Made by a program: the position numbers and the translations under genes. Positions 18,950 to 28,210 of a stretch of 64,000 nucleotides of DNA are shown here, piece by piece; position 1 is the stretch's first letter, and every line of letters starts with the position of its first letter. The stretch is taken from the sequence record MW349129.1; one strand, given 5' to 3'. The notes below the pieces were generated by a model. That model was not told the origin of the DNA. It was given only the letters and a program-made list of their open reading frames with translations, and searched no databases.

Positions 18950-19435
18950 ATGAATTATTTAAAGAATGGAAAAGAGGAGGTCTTTCCAGTCAATGAAGAA
19001 GGAATGGAAAATATCATATTCTTTCTTCTAGACTACTCACAGAAAAATGATTATAATACAATGAACATAATTAAGGAAATAAATGATCACGTGATGAAAG
19101 GCGAAAATATAAGTAATGAATTTATTAATGAAAAGACAAAAGAAACGATATTAACACTAGGTAAAGTAAAAGGCAATTTAACTAATGAATTAGCTAGAAG
19201 CGGATATATAGTTAATTTCTCTAGAAATAAAATATCATTGTCAATATACGTAAAAAATAACAGTTTCAAATTAGTAAGAATATCAGATCATAATATCAAT
19301 AAGAAAGTAAATAAAAAAGGAGTAATAAGTAATAGGTTTGACTATCAAATTAAAGCTGACAGTAAATTGGTAAGTAATAAATCCTTAAAGAAATACGGTA
19401 TTGATGTATCGGAAGGAATTTATTATTTAGATTAA
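18950..19435 (+). CDS. Hypothetical protein with an RISDH motif (possible nuclease-like domain)
   Basis: KLVRISDHN motif. Confidence 0.45.
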   Translation: MNYLKNGKEEVFPVNEEGMENIIFFLLDYSQKNDYNTMNIIKEINDHVMKGENISNEFINEKTKETILTLGKVKGNLTNELARSGYIVNFSRNKISLSIYVKNNSFKLVRISDHNINKKVNKKGVISNRFDYQIKADSKLVSNKSLKKYGIDVSEGIYYLD

Positions 19436-19460
19436 TAAATGTATTGAATTAAAAATCAAT

Positions 19461-19471
19461 TATATATTATA
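19461..19471 (+). promoter_or_regulatory. Early-type promoter core TATATATTATA
   Basis: Followed by ATAATGAAG and hairpin GAAGATAAAT...ATTATCTTC. Confidence 0.65.
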
Positions 19472-19530
19472 ATAATGAAGATAAATATTATTAATATTAT
19501 CTTCAATAAAAAAAAAGGGAGTTTTATATT

Positions 19531-19824
19531 ATGGCAAAATTAAATGAAGAAATATTAAGAGATTTTCAAGTAAGAACTGAGATTGATGGAGAATTTGAAG
19601 TAATGGAATCTGATGAGCTCGGTGTTGATGAAGCTTATGAGAATGAATTAATTAAAGAGTTGGGGGTAGATGTAGATTCAAGCGTATTTTCTTATGCAAT
19701 AGCAGAAGTAAATGATGAAGAAAATATGTATACCTTAGAGTATAGTCATGAAGGTGTTCTACTAACTATTCATGATTATGATGAAGATTATGTACCACAA
19801 ACTATTTATAAAAACATAATCTAA
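19531..19824 (+). CDS. Acidic DNA-mimic protein, candidate uracil-DNA glycosylase inhibitor (Ugi/SAUGI-like)
   Basis: 97 aa, 27 D/E versus 5 K/R; ES(D)E motif; NMY..LLTIHDYDED segment aligns by eye to SAUGI as recalled; monocistronic. Confidence 0.55.
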   Translation: MAKLNEEILRDFQVRTEIDGEFEVMESDELGVDEAYENELIKELGVDVDSSVFSYAIAEVNDEENMYTLEYSHEGVLLTIHDYDEDYVPQTIYKNII

Positions 19825-19835
19825 TAATTTAAATT

Positions 19836-19866
19836 ATAGCTGATATCTTTAATGGATATCAGCTAT
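19836..19866 (+). terminator. Intrinsic terminator hairpin
   Basis: ATAGCTGATATC / GATATCAGCTAT followed by a T-rich tract. Confidence 0.8.
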
Positions 19867-19908
19867 ATTATTTTAATTTTTTTACTTAAAGGAGATGAAA
19901 GGGATAAT

Positions 19909-20520
19909 ATGAATTATTTTGAATTGGAATATACAGGTTTAATTGATAATAATGAATTAGATAATGCAGTTTTACACAAACAAGAAAATGAAGAAATTGA
20001 ATCGGGTCTTTTAAATATGATTTTATTTAAATTGTTTCTAAAAGAATTTTATAATGTCAATATGGATGATAATGATTTATGTAAAAAACTAAAAATAGAA
20101 ATAAGAAGTATTCATAGTTATAATAATTCAGAAATTTATATTAATGAAGACTTTGCTGAAATATATAATGGTATTAATCCGAATAATAATATTAAATCAG
20201 GAAAAATAAATAAAGATTATGAATATTTATTTAAATTTATTAAAGATAATATAAATGAAAAAGATTTAAATAATATACATGTGATTAAATTTACAACATT
20301 TGAAATAGAGAAATATAAACCTGTTGTGATTTTTATAAACTCAGATAAACTTAGAATTAAGACCAATAAATCAATTAGTAGATATACATCAGCAAATGAA
20401 TTTGTATTCTATAATATTTCAAGCGAAAGTTTATATAGATTAATGAAAAATACAAATAGAATAAGTAATATAATGGAAAAAGAATATAAAAATAAATTAG
20501 TTAAAAGGAGTTTCTTATAA
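19909..20520 (+). CDS. Hypothetical protein with the shared C-terminal tag
   Basis: Start moved to ATG 19909 (after AAGGAG); ends ISNIMEKEYKNKLVKRSFL. Confidence 0.65.
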   Translation: MNYFELEYTGLIDNNELDNAVLHKQENEEIESGLLNMILFKLFLKEFYNVNMDDNDLCKKLKIEIRSIHSYNNSEIYINEDFAEIYNGINPNNNIKSGKINKDYEYLFKFIKDNINEKDLNNIHVIKFTTFEIEKYKPVVIFINSDKLRIKTNKSISRYTSANEFVFYNISSESLYRLMKNTNRISNIMEKEYKNKLVKRSFL

Positions 20521-21059
20521 TGTATGAAGTTAGTAAAAAATTTAAATATGATAAAAGAGATAAAGAATTCACATTATTCCACCATAAATCAAAAGAAGAA
20601 ATAACTGACTCATTTATAATTAATAATTATATTTCATATGTAATATATCAATGCTATGAGAGAACACCAGGAAATGCAGAAGTATGGATAGAAATTATTG
20701 ATATAAAACGTAATTTATTATCTAAATTTATATTTGATAACAGACCATCTTTCGGGTCTAATTATTTTCCTAAGTGTAATGTAGGTATACAAGATAATAG
20801 CGATAATAATATTGTAACTATTGAATTTAGTGATAAATATAAAAGACATAATTTCATTTTAGAGAAAATATCTAAATTTAATAATGTACTTATTAATTTT
20901 TATAAAGAAGAATTATTTCCTTATGAAGATAAAGAACTTACTTTATTAAAAACTGTATTTAAAACTAATGACATTAAATTTTATCAAGATAAAGGTTTAA
21001 TTAGTTATATTTCAGATAAAGAAGCTAGAAAAATTTTAGTAAAAGAAAACTTTAAATAG
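20520..21059 (+). CDS. Hypothetical protein with the shared C-terminal tag
   Basis: Ends ISYISDKEARKILVKENFK. Confidence 0.65.
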   Translation: MYEVSKKFKYDKRDKEFTLFHHKSKEEITDSFIINNYISYVIYQCYERTPGNAEVWIEIIDIKRNLLSKFIFDNRPSFGSNYFPKCNVGIQDNSDNNIVTIEFSDKYKRHNFILEKISKFNNVLINFYKEELFPYEDKELTLLKTVFKTNDIKFYQDKGLISYISDKEARKILVKENFK

Positions 21060-21075
21060 AATAGGGGTAAACAGA

Positions 21076-21615
21076 TTGAATAGATACTTTAAATTTAAAT
21101 TAAATAATAAAAGTGATTACGATGTATTTAAATTTTCAGGAAATGAGGAAGAAATAAGTGATTCTAAAATTATAGAATCTTATTTTGCTTATATGTTTAA
21201 TTATTATATAAATGAAGCAATACCTGACTCTAGTATGATTAATATTGCTGTATTTACTAGAGGTGAAGGAAAGAGATTATTGAGATTTTCTATAGATAAA
21301 CCACCAATTTATATAAAAGAGCCAGTTAGTAGTTTATTATTTATGAATGAAAATGATGAAGAAAAACAAATTGATTTTAAAGAATTTGATGAAATTAAAA
21401 AGTTTATACATGAAAAGATTATGGAATTGAATAAAGATGAATTTTGTATTTACATTGATTATAATTTTGATTTTTCTTATAATATAGTTTATGATAAAGT
21501 ATTTGATGGGGTATTATTTGTTAGAGACAATCTAAATTTTTATATTCAGTCTCATATTAAAGAAACAGGTGAAAATGAATATAAAAATTATCTAGTGAGG
21601 GAGAATTTTAAATAA
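21076..21615 (+). CDS. Hypothetical protein with the shared C-terminal tag
   Basis: Ends IKETGENEYKNYLVRENFK. Confidence 0.65.
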   Translation: MNRYFKFKLNNKSDYDVFKFSGNEEEISDSKIIESYFAYMFNYYINEAIPDSSMINIAVFTRGEGKRLLRFSIDKPPIYIKEPVSSLLFMNENDEEKQIDFKEFDEIKKFIHEKIMELNKDEFCIYIDYNFDFSYNIVYDKVFDGVLFVRDNLNFYIQSHIKETGENEYKNYLVRENFK

Positions 21616-21636
21616 AAGAGAAAGTGAGATAAATAA

Positions 21637-22413
21637 ATGGAATACGTTATGATAAATAAATTACTAACAAAAAATGATTCATCTGAATTAAAACTAAATA
21701 TGGTCAAACCGTATAAAAAGGAAGAAGACTTTTTCAATTTCTTTTTAAACTTTATTATAGAATATAATTCATATCATATAGGAAATTATAAATACTTTTA
21801 TAGTATAAACTCATTATCAGATTATAATTCAGATTATCAAATAAATGGAAATCCTTATGTACCATTTGAGGAAGGAATAAAGGTAAATGAAGTTATTCAT
21901 ATTTATAAAAATAAATTATTTAGAAATATAAGTAAAGACATTGAAAATAGAATAATTGTACTTTATGTAGAAGATAAAGAAGATGATATTTCCTTTTATA
22001 TATTAACATCTAATTACTTTAATAGAAAATTTAAAAAAGAATATAAAGAAGAACTTTTCGATAAAGAAGAAATATTATCTAGACTTATAGTAAAATCTTT
22101 TCTAAATGAAAAGATTTTATTAGATTCACATTCAGAATTTTTAGTTATTAAAGATAAAGAAAAATTAAGCAATTTAATTACTAATTTAATGAAAAATCAA
22201 AAATACAAAATTTTAAACTTTGATTTCTTAAGTAATAGTGAATTAAAATATAGTAGAATACTATTTAATAAAAATGTATATGATAATAAATTAGTCCTAA
22301 AACATTTAAAAGGAATAAGTTACAAAGATATTATTGATAAAGATAAAGAGAAAATTACATTTATAGATAAAGAAGATTACAAACATTTAGTAATTAAGGA
22401 ATCATTTAAATAA
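21637..22413 (+). CDS. Hypothetical protein with the shared C-terminal tag
   Basis: Ends ITFIDKEDYKHLVIKESFK. Confidence 0.65.
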   Translation: MEYVMINKLLTKNDSSELKLNMVKPYKKEEDFFNFFLNFIIEYNSYHIGNYKYFYSINSLSDYNSDYQINGNPYVPFEEGIKVNEVIHIYKNKLFRNISKDIENRIIVLYVEDKEDDISFYILTSNYFNRKFKKEYKEELFDKEEILSRLIVKSFLNEKILLDSHSEFLVIKDKEKLSNLITNLMKNQKYKILNFDFLSNSELKYSRILFNKNVYDNKLVLKHLKGISYKDIIDKDKEKITFIDKEDYKHLVIKESFK

Positions 22414-22491
22414 ATAATAAATATTCTCATCCATTCACTATGTAATAACTTTTAATTATATAATAATTTTTAGAATGGATGAGATGCTTTT

Positions 22492-23151
22492 ATGAGTAAT
22501 TATTTATATCGTTTTAACAAAAAGAATGTAAATATCTTCTATCATAAAAGGACTAATAATGGTCATAAAATGTTATTTAATAATAGCAATGATAAAGATA
22601 GATCTATATATTTAATAAATACTGATGAAGAAATCAATAATATGGAACTAGTATCTAAATATATTGCTGGAAAAGTATTTGAAACACTAAACCAAGAAAA
22701 TATGAAAATAGTGCATATGGATTTCTTTAATAGTAAATTAGAATTCTTTATAAGTAGATCATCCAAGAATAAATATATAATGAATATGTATTTTAGTTTA
22801 AAAAGTTATAATGATTTAATAGAAAATGAAAAAGAATTTATAGATAGTGTTAATGAACTTAATTTAGACTTTTTAAAATCAGTTTCTTTAGATCAAGACA
22901 ATAATCATATATTGGATATGACATTAATATTTTTAATAGATAAAAATAAAATAGATGAATTTATTAAAAATCTATTTTATATTAATTATATAAAGATAAT
23001 AGAATTTATAATAGATAATATATCTGTATATGCAGATGATTATAAGAAATTTAATGAAGAAATAAATATTCTTTTGGATCATAGAAATTTTATAGAAGAA
23101 ATAACATATAAAGAATATAAAAAGATAATGACGAAAGAGATGTTTATTTAA
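22492..23151 (+). CDS. Hypothetical protein with the shared C-terminal tag
   Basis: Ends IEEITYKEYKKIMTKEMFI. Confidence 0.65.
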   Translation: MSNYLYRFNKKNVNIFYHKRTNNGHKMLFNNSNDKDRSIYLINTDEEINNMELVSKYIAGKVFETLNQENMKIVHMDFFNSKLEFFISRSSKNKYIMNMYFSLKSYNDLIENEKEFIDSVNELNLDFLKSVSLDQDNNHILDMTLIFLIDKNKIDEFIKNLFYINYIKIIEFIIDNISVYADDYKKFNEEINILLDHRNFIEEITYKEYKKIMTKEMFI

Positions 23152-23164
23152 GGAGTAATTAATT

Positions 23165-23875
23165 ATGAAGATTTCAGCCAATAAAGAATTATTAGGAAAG
23201 AAAGTTATACCTTTAGGTTTTAAACAACTTAATAACTTATATAGAGATCATGATTATGTATATTTAAGAATTCCTGAAATATTTAATGTATTTGATAAGT
23301 ATCAATTTAAGGATAATAAATTTGTATATCTTAAAACAGAAATAAAACCCAGTACTATTGTAGATTTAATAGATTCTTTATCAGGTGGATACAATGGTTT
23401 ATTGAATAAATATATTTCTAATGATATACTAAATATACATTATACAAAGAAAAATTTATTAGATATTTCTAATAGTGAATATAAAACTCTAGAAGAAACA
23501 AGGCTTCAGCTAGATTTAGAATTAGAATTCATAAGTAGTAATGAAAAACAAAGAAAGCAATCTAATATTTTAATAAAGGATATTCATAAAGAAATAAATT
23601 ATATAAGGAACGAATATACAAAAGTATTCACTCTTAAGAAAAGTAAAACTAGAAATAATAAACCAATAAAAATAAAAATTAGAAATTTATATGATGAAGA
23701 TCCAATATCTATATTAAAAATAATATTGGACTTGGGAGAAGATTATTGTATAAATAGTACTATATTTAACGCATTTACTTATTCATTAATGTTAACAAAT
23801 AATTTAGATTTCATAGATGAAAAAGAATTTCAGGATATAGTTAAGAAAGAGAAAGTGAAAAATACTTTCATTTAA
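23165..23875 (+). CDS. Hypothetical protein with a variant of the C-terminal tag
   Basis: Ends LDFIDEKEFQDIVKKEKVKNTFI. Confidence 0.6.
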   Translation: MKISANKELLGKKVIPLGFKQLNNLYRDHDYVYLRIPEIFNVFDKYQFKDNKFVYLKTEIKPSTIVDLIDSLSGGYNGLLNKYISNDILNIHYTKKNLLDISNSEYKTLEETRLQLDLELEFISSNEKQRKQSNILIKDIHKEINYIRNEYTKVFTLKKSKTRNNKPIKIKIRNLYDEDPISILKIILDLGEDYCINSTIFNAFTYSLMLTNNLDFIDEKEFQDIVKKEKVKNTFI

Positions 23876-23881
23876 AACATT

Positions 23882-23922
23882 ATTCATATAGTTTGAGGAA
23901 ATTTTCCTTAAGCTATATGAAT
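23882..23922 (+). terminator. Terminator ending the early region
   Basis: ATTCATATAG...CTATATGAAT stem followed by a long T tract. Confidence 0.75.
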
Positions 23923-24072
23923 TATTTTATTTTTTTTTCTAAAAATATAAACTAATTTATATTAATAATTTTTACAATGTATCATGCACTTAGTCGCAAA
24001 TATTTATTTATTTTAAGAACATAAATTTTATATCAAATAATATAGAATTTTTAAAAAGGAGAATTTAATTTT

Positions 24073-24591
24073 ATGGAAAAACATGATAAATTAACTGAAG
24101 AGTTAGAAGCTTTATACGAACAATCTCAAGAAGAATCTTTAGAAGAGCAATTCGAAAGCATTATTGAATCTGCTGATGAAGAAGAAACTGAAGATAAAGA
24201 TTCTAAAGAAGATTCAGAAGAAGAAGAAGAAACATCTGTTGAAGAACAATTTAACAGTATCTTAGAATCAGAAGATGAAGAATCTGACGAAGATGAGGAA
24301 GAAGATTCAGATGAAGACTCAGTTGAAGAATCTGATGATGAAGATGATGAAGAAGATGACGAAGATTCTTTAGAAGAAGAATTAAATCGTTTATTTGAAG
24401 AAAATGAAGATCCAGAAATGGATGTTGAAAAGCAAACTACAAAAGCTAACAACATGAACTCAAAAAAATCATCTGATTCTACTGAACATCCTGAAGAAGA
24501 TGTAAGTAAAATCACTTCAGAAGATGAAGACGAAGACGAAGATGACGAAGATGAATCATTAGAAGAATCATTAGATCGTATCTTTGGTTAA
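24073..24591 (+). CDS. Highly acidic protein, probable prohead core/scaffold
   Basis: Repeated SLEEQFxSILES-like units containing (I/L)xE sites typical of T4-type prohead protease substrates. Confidence 0.55.
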   Translation: MEKHDKLTEELEALYEQSQEESLEEQFESIIESADEEETEDKDSKEDSEEEEETSVEEQFNSILESEDEESDEDEEEDSDEDSVEESDDEDDEEDDEDSLEEELNRLFEENEDPEMDVEKQTTKANNMNSKKSSDSTEHPEEDVSKITSEDEDEDEDDEDESLEESLDRIFG

Positions 24592-24612
24592 TTATTAATT
24601 AATCTTTAAAAT

Positions 24613-24646
24613 ATCCCCTAACCTTAAATTAATAAGGTTAGGGGAT
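24613..24646. terminator. Bidirectional terminator between convergent genes
   Basis: ATCCCCTAACCTT / AAGGTTAGGGGAT. Confidence 0.75.
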
Positions 24647-24683
24647 TAATATTGCATTTTTTTATCTGGAATAGTTTGTATTA

Positions 24684-25133
24684 TCAGTTATTTTGTCTTC
24701 TACCAAAAGCATCGAGACCATCTAATGGATTTGTCTTATCTCCAGTAGATTTAAAATCATCTGCACCGTAAGTTCCACTAAAATTAGTGTCCACACCTTT
24801 AGATAATTCTTTACTCATCATATTCATATTCTTTACTCGTTCTTTTTTCCTTTGTAAGTAAGATTCTGCATCCTCTTGAGACATTAATCTATTCTCGTCA
24901 ATAGTTTCATTTTCTTTTAATTTAACTACTGGCTTGAAACCTTCCATATATACATAAAATTTATCAATCTGATCTTGATATTTAAAAGGAATTTTAGTTT
25001 TTAAATGTAATGTAGTAGGTTCATCTTCATATTGTAGAGTTTCATAATCAAGAATATTGCCTTCTTCATCTACTGTTACTGCTAAATCCATCATAATTTC
25101 TTCTTTATTTTTTTCTTCTGACAAAATATTCAA
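24684..25133 (-). CDS. Hypothetical protein
   Basis: 149 aa ORF in the tail-gene block. Confidence 0.6.
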   Translation of the reverse strand: MNILSEEKNKEEIMMDLAVTVDEEGNILDYETLQYEDEPTTLHLKTKIPFKYQDQIDKFYVYMEGFKPVVKLKENETIDENRLMSQEDAESYLQRKKERVKNMNMMSKELSKGVDTNFSGTYGADDFKSTGDKTNPLDGLDAFGRRQNN

Positions 25134-25151
25134 ATCCTTTCTAATTAAATA

Positions 25152-28148
25152 TTAGTTTCTACCATAAATATAAGAGTTGAGTATCCAAGCATTACCTTTT
25201 TGACCTGGTTTAACTCTTGCACGAATTGCTATAGAAGCTATAGATTGTGCCGGAACACCCATATCTACAATAATTTCTTTATGTTTTGTCTTAGTTACAC
25301 TAGTTGATGTATCTTTAGGTATAGATATAGTTTTATCAAAGAATACTCCATTTTGATCATTAAAAGAGTCCACTTTAATATCAATACCACATTGAGGTGT
25401 AGCATACCAAATACCTATATGCAACCATCTAGTTTCATGTTGACCGTAAAGAGTCATAGCACGTCTAAAATAGCTACCTGTAGTTTTATCACTAAACATA
25501 AATGCGTTACCAACGTTTTTAAATCTAGGAGTACCATTAGACATAAGATCTTGCACACCTGGTTCTGAACGTACATACGCTGTAGTAAATCGAGGCATAC
25601 CGTTATAAACTAGATATCCACCATCTGGACGTTTAATTGTAATTCCACCCTTAACTTCTCCCATAGCATCTAACATTGTTTGAACAACAATATTTTTAGA
25701 CATTAAATTAGTAATAGCGGCTTCTTTAATAGTAGCTCTGCCATTAGAAATTACTACATCACCATCATTAATATCTACCATTTTAGATTTTAATTTAATA
25801 CTATTAGGATCAATATCAAAAGAAGATAATTTGTCATTAGATGAAGATGACATAGTTATACCATCTGCTAAGATAGATAAAGCAGAACCCATTTTTTCCA
25901 TTCTAGTTTTATCAGCATTGTAAGTTTCTTTAGTAACGCTTAAAGCGATATTATTTTCTGTTTGACTAATTCTACTTTCCATATTAGTAATTCTAGCATT
26001 ACTGTCTTTAATAGACGGTTGCCAAGCAGTAGATTTATTACCTTCTTCAACTTTTAATCCTTCAATATCAACAGACATTGGGAAAGTTCCATTTTTATTA
26101 ATAATCATATTAATTAATATATCAACTGTAAATGAATCATTAGGAATAAATACTACTTCTATTAATGTTAAAGCTGAAGTATCATCAAACGTAATATTAC
26201 GTGAATCTTGACCTTTAGCAACACCGTTAACAAAAGTATTAGTTATAGTTGAATTAGGTATACTAACATCAACGTTAGTTAATGTACCAGTTTTCTTTTC
26301 TAAGTTAAAACTTAATATGTGTTCACGTCTACTTCTAACTTTATCTAATTTAAATTTAATACCTTGACTGTTAGCAGTTAAAGCTGCATTAAGTTCTCCA
26401 TATTCTAAATAATTAGTTTTAGTTAAAGTTGCAGAACCAATTGGTGTAATATTAGCGATACTAATTAAGTTCATACCACCAACTGTAATTTTACCAGCTT
26501 CTGTAACCGCATAACCGTTAGAAATACTGTCAATAGCTTTTTGAATAGCATCTTTAATATTTGATTGAGCTTCATTATATCTCAAGTAGTTAGTATTAAA
26601 TTGAGCTATTTCTTCTTGAGTAGCTACACCATCGCTAATTGTATTAGTTATATCTTGTATCAATATATTATATTTTTCATTAAATAAATCATATTTATTT
26701 TTTAAATCTGTTTTTACTGAATTAGCCATCATTTTATTAGGATAAAGTGTATTAAAGATTTTATCTATCTCAGCTTTATCCTTATCAATAACATTTTTTT
26801 GTTTATCAATAGCAATTCTTTCAGCATTAGAGATAATACCATCTTTAAAAGCTTCAGTAACTGTATCACCTAAACCTACAGCATTCTTTTCGATATTAGT
26901 TATTTTACCATTAATAGTTTTATTATAGTTTTCTAACATATTGTCATAATCTTCAGGAGCTGCTGTCCAGTCAGAAGATACATTACCTCTTTCAACTTTA
27001 ACCCTAGCGATATCAAATGTACCACTTAAACCATTAAGATCAGTATCTACGCCAAGAAGTAATTTAGTATTATTTCTTCCAGTAAGTGTTTGTTCGTATA
27101 CAAATGAATATCTATGCCATTCTTCATCAATATCTAAATACTTTTCAGCAATTGGTGTAGAATAATTACCAGAAGGATCAATGAAGTAACAATAATCAAG
27201 TCTATTAAATGTATCTGATCTAAAATCAAATGAAATAGTATAAGTCTCATTGTATTCTAGTTTAAATCCATTATAACTTTGAGCTCCTACTTGTCCTTCA
27301 ATACCTTCAGTATTAATTGTAAAATAACTTTTACCGTTACTGTCTTGTCCAAAAGTTAAAGCATTTGGGTTTGATGAATTTAAAGCATCCGGTTTTAACA
27401 ACCAATTACCTGAAACTGCTAAAGAATTTTCTAATAAGTTTTTACCACCAATAACAATACCGTCAATTTCAGATTTAGAAACTGTTTGTTCTATTAAGTC
27501 TGCAAATTGAGATATCTGACTTTCAAATTCAGTTACTTTATTATTAACTGTATCTATATCAGCTCTAGTAACTGTATCTTGTAAAACTCTAGCTGTTTGT
27601 TCTCTAAATGACTCTAATTTAGTAATACTATCATTAATTTCATTAAGAGTATAATCAGTAGCTATACTCTTAATTGATTCTGCAGTTTGTTCTACTTTAG
27701 TACTTAAATATTGTATAGATGATTCATACTTATTAACTTTAGACATTGTTACTGATAGAGATTCCTCATTAGATGAAACTCTTCCGTTTAAAGAATCTAG
27801 ATTACCTTTAATATCAGAATCCCATCCACCTTCAACAACGCTATCAATATAGTCGATACTTAGTTTTTGGTATTTTCTTAATTCAGTTTTTAATGTATCA
27901 AGTGTAGCATAGTTAGATAAATCTAAATCAATATCGTGACTACCATCTAAATTTCTTAATTTTTCTACTAAATTATCATTTTCTTTATCTAAAGAATCAA
28001 TATTTGTATTTAATACATTAATTCTATTTTTATTATCTTCTGATAGATTTTTAATGCTATCTTGTTCTTGTAATAAAGAATTGAATTTCGATTTAATAGA
28101 ATTTATTTCTTCATTTATTTGAAGAAGATTCTTTTCTTTATCTTCCAT
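25152..28148 (-). CDS. Tail fibre / receptor-binding protein with coiled coils and carbohydrate-binding-like modules
   Basis: 998 aa; two GGxNLL...(E/K)xGNxxxxW modules; C-terminal region similar to that of 32127-40247. Confidence 0.7.
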   Translation of the reverse strand: MEDKEKNLLQINEEINSIKSKFNSLLQEQDSIKNLSEDNKNRINVLNTNIDSLDKENDNLVEKLRNLDGSHDIDLDLSNYATLDTLKTELRKYQKLSIDYIDSVVEGGWDSDIKGNLDSLNGRVSSNEESLSVTMSKVNKYESSIQYLSTKVEQTAESIKSIATDYTLNEINDSITKLESFREQTARVLQDTVTRADIDTVNNKVTEFESQISQFADLIEQTVSKSEIDGIVIGGKNLLENSLAVSGNWLLKPDALNSSNPNALTFGQDSNGKSYFTINTEGIEGQVGAQSYNGFKLEYNETYTISFDFRSDTFNRLDYCYFIDPSGNYSTPIAEKYLDIDEEWHRYSFVYEQTLTGRNNTKLLLGVDTDLNGLSGTFDIARVKVERGNVSSDWTAAPEDYDNMLENYNKTINGKITNIEKNAVGLGDTVTEAFKDGIISNAERIAIDKQKNVIDKDKAEIDKIFNTLYPNKMMANSVKTDLKNKYDLFNEKYNILIQDITNTISDGVATQEEIAQFNTNYLRYNEAQSNIKDAIQKAIDSISNGYAVTEAGKITVGGMNLISIANITPIGSATLTKTNYLEYGELNAALTANSQGIKFKLDKVRSRREHILSFNLEKKTGTLTNVDVSIPNSTITNTFVNGVAKGQDSRNITFDDTSALTLIEVVFIPNDSFTVDILINMIINKNGTFPMSVDIEGLKVEEGNKSTAWQPSIKDSNARITNMESRISQTENNIALSVTKETYNADKTRMEKMGSALSILADGITMSSSSNDKLSSFDIDPNSIKLKSKMVDINDGDVVISNGRATIKEAAITNLMSKNIVVQTMLDAMGEVKGGITIKRPDGGYLVYNGMPRFTTAYVRSEPGVQDLMSNGTPRFKNVGNAFMFSDKTTGSYFRRAMTLYGQHETRWLHIGIWYATPQCGIDIKVDSFNDQNGVFFDKTISIPKDTSTSVTKTKHKEIIVDMGVPAQSIASIAIRARVKPGQKGNAWILNSYIYGRN

Positions 28149-28186
28149 TATTAAATTTCACCAAACTTTCATTTTTATTTAAATAA

Positions 28187-28198
28187 TAAGTTGATGTT
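28187..28198 (-). promoter_or_regulatory. Late-type promoter AACA-N6-TA
   Basis: Minus strand AACATCAACTTA, 39 nt upstream of the tail fibre gene. Confidence 0.5.
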
Positions 28199-28210
28199 TT
28201 ATGATTTTAA

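Noticed and set aside
19852-19908. Annotated ORF start at 19852
   Set aside because: Lies within a terminator hairpin; the RBS supports ATG 19909.
24126-24515. Minus-strand poly-Ser ORF
   Set aside because: Antisense shadow of the GAA/GAT-rich acidic gene; no RBS.
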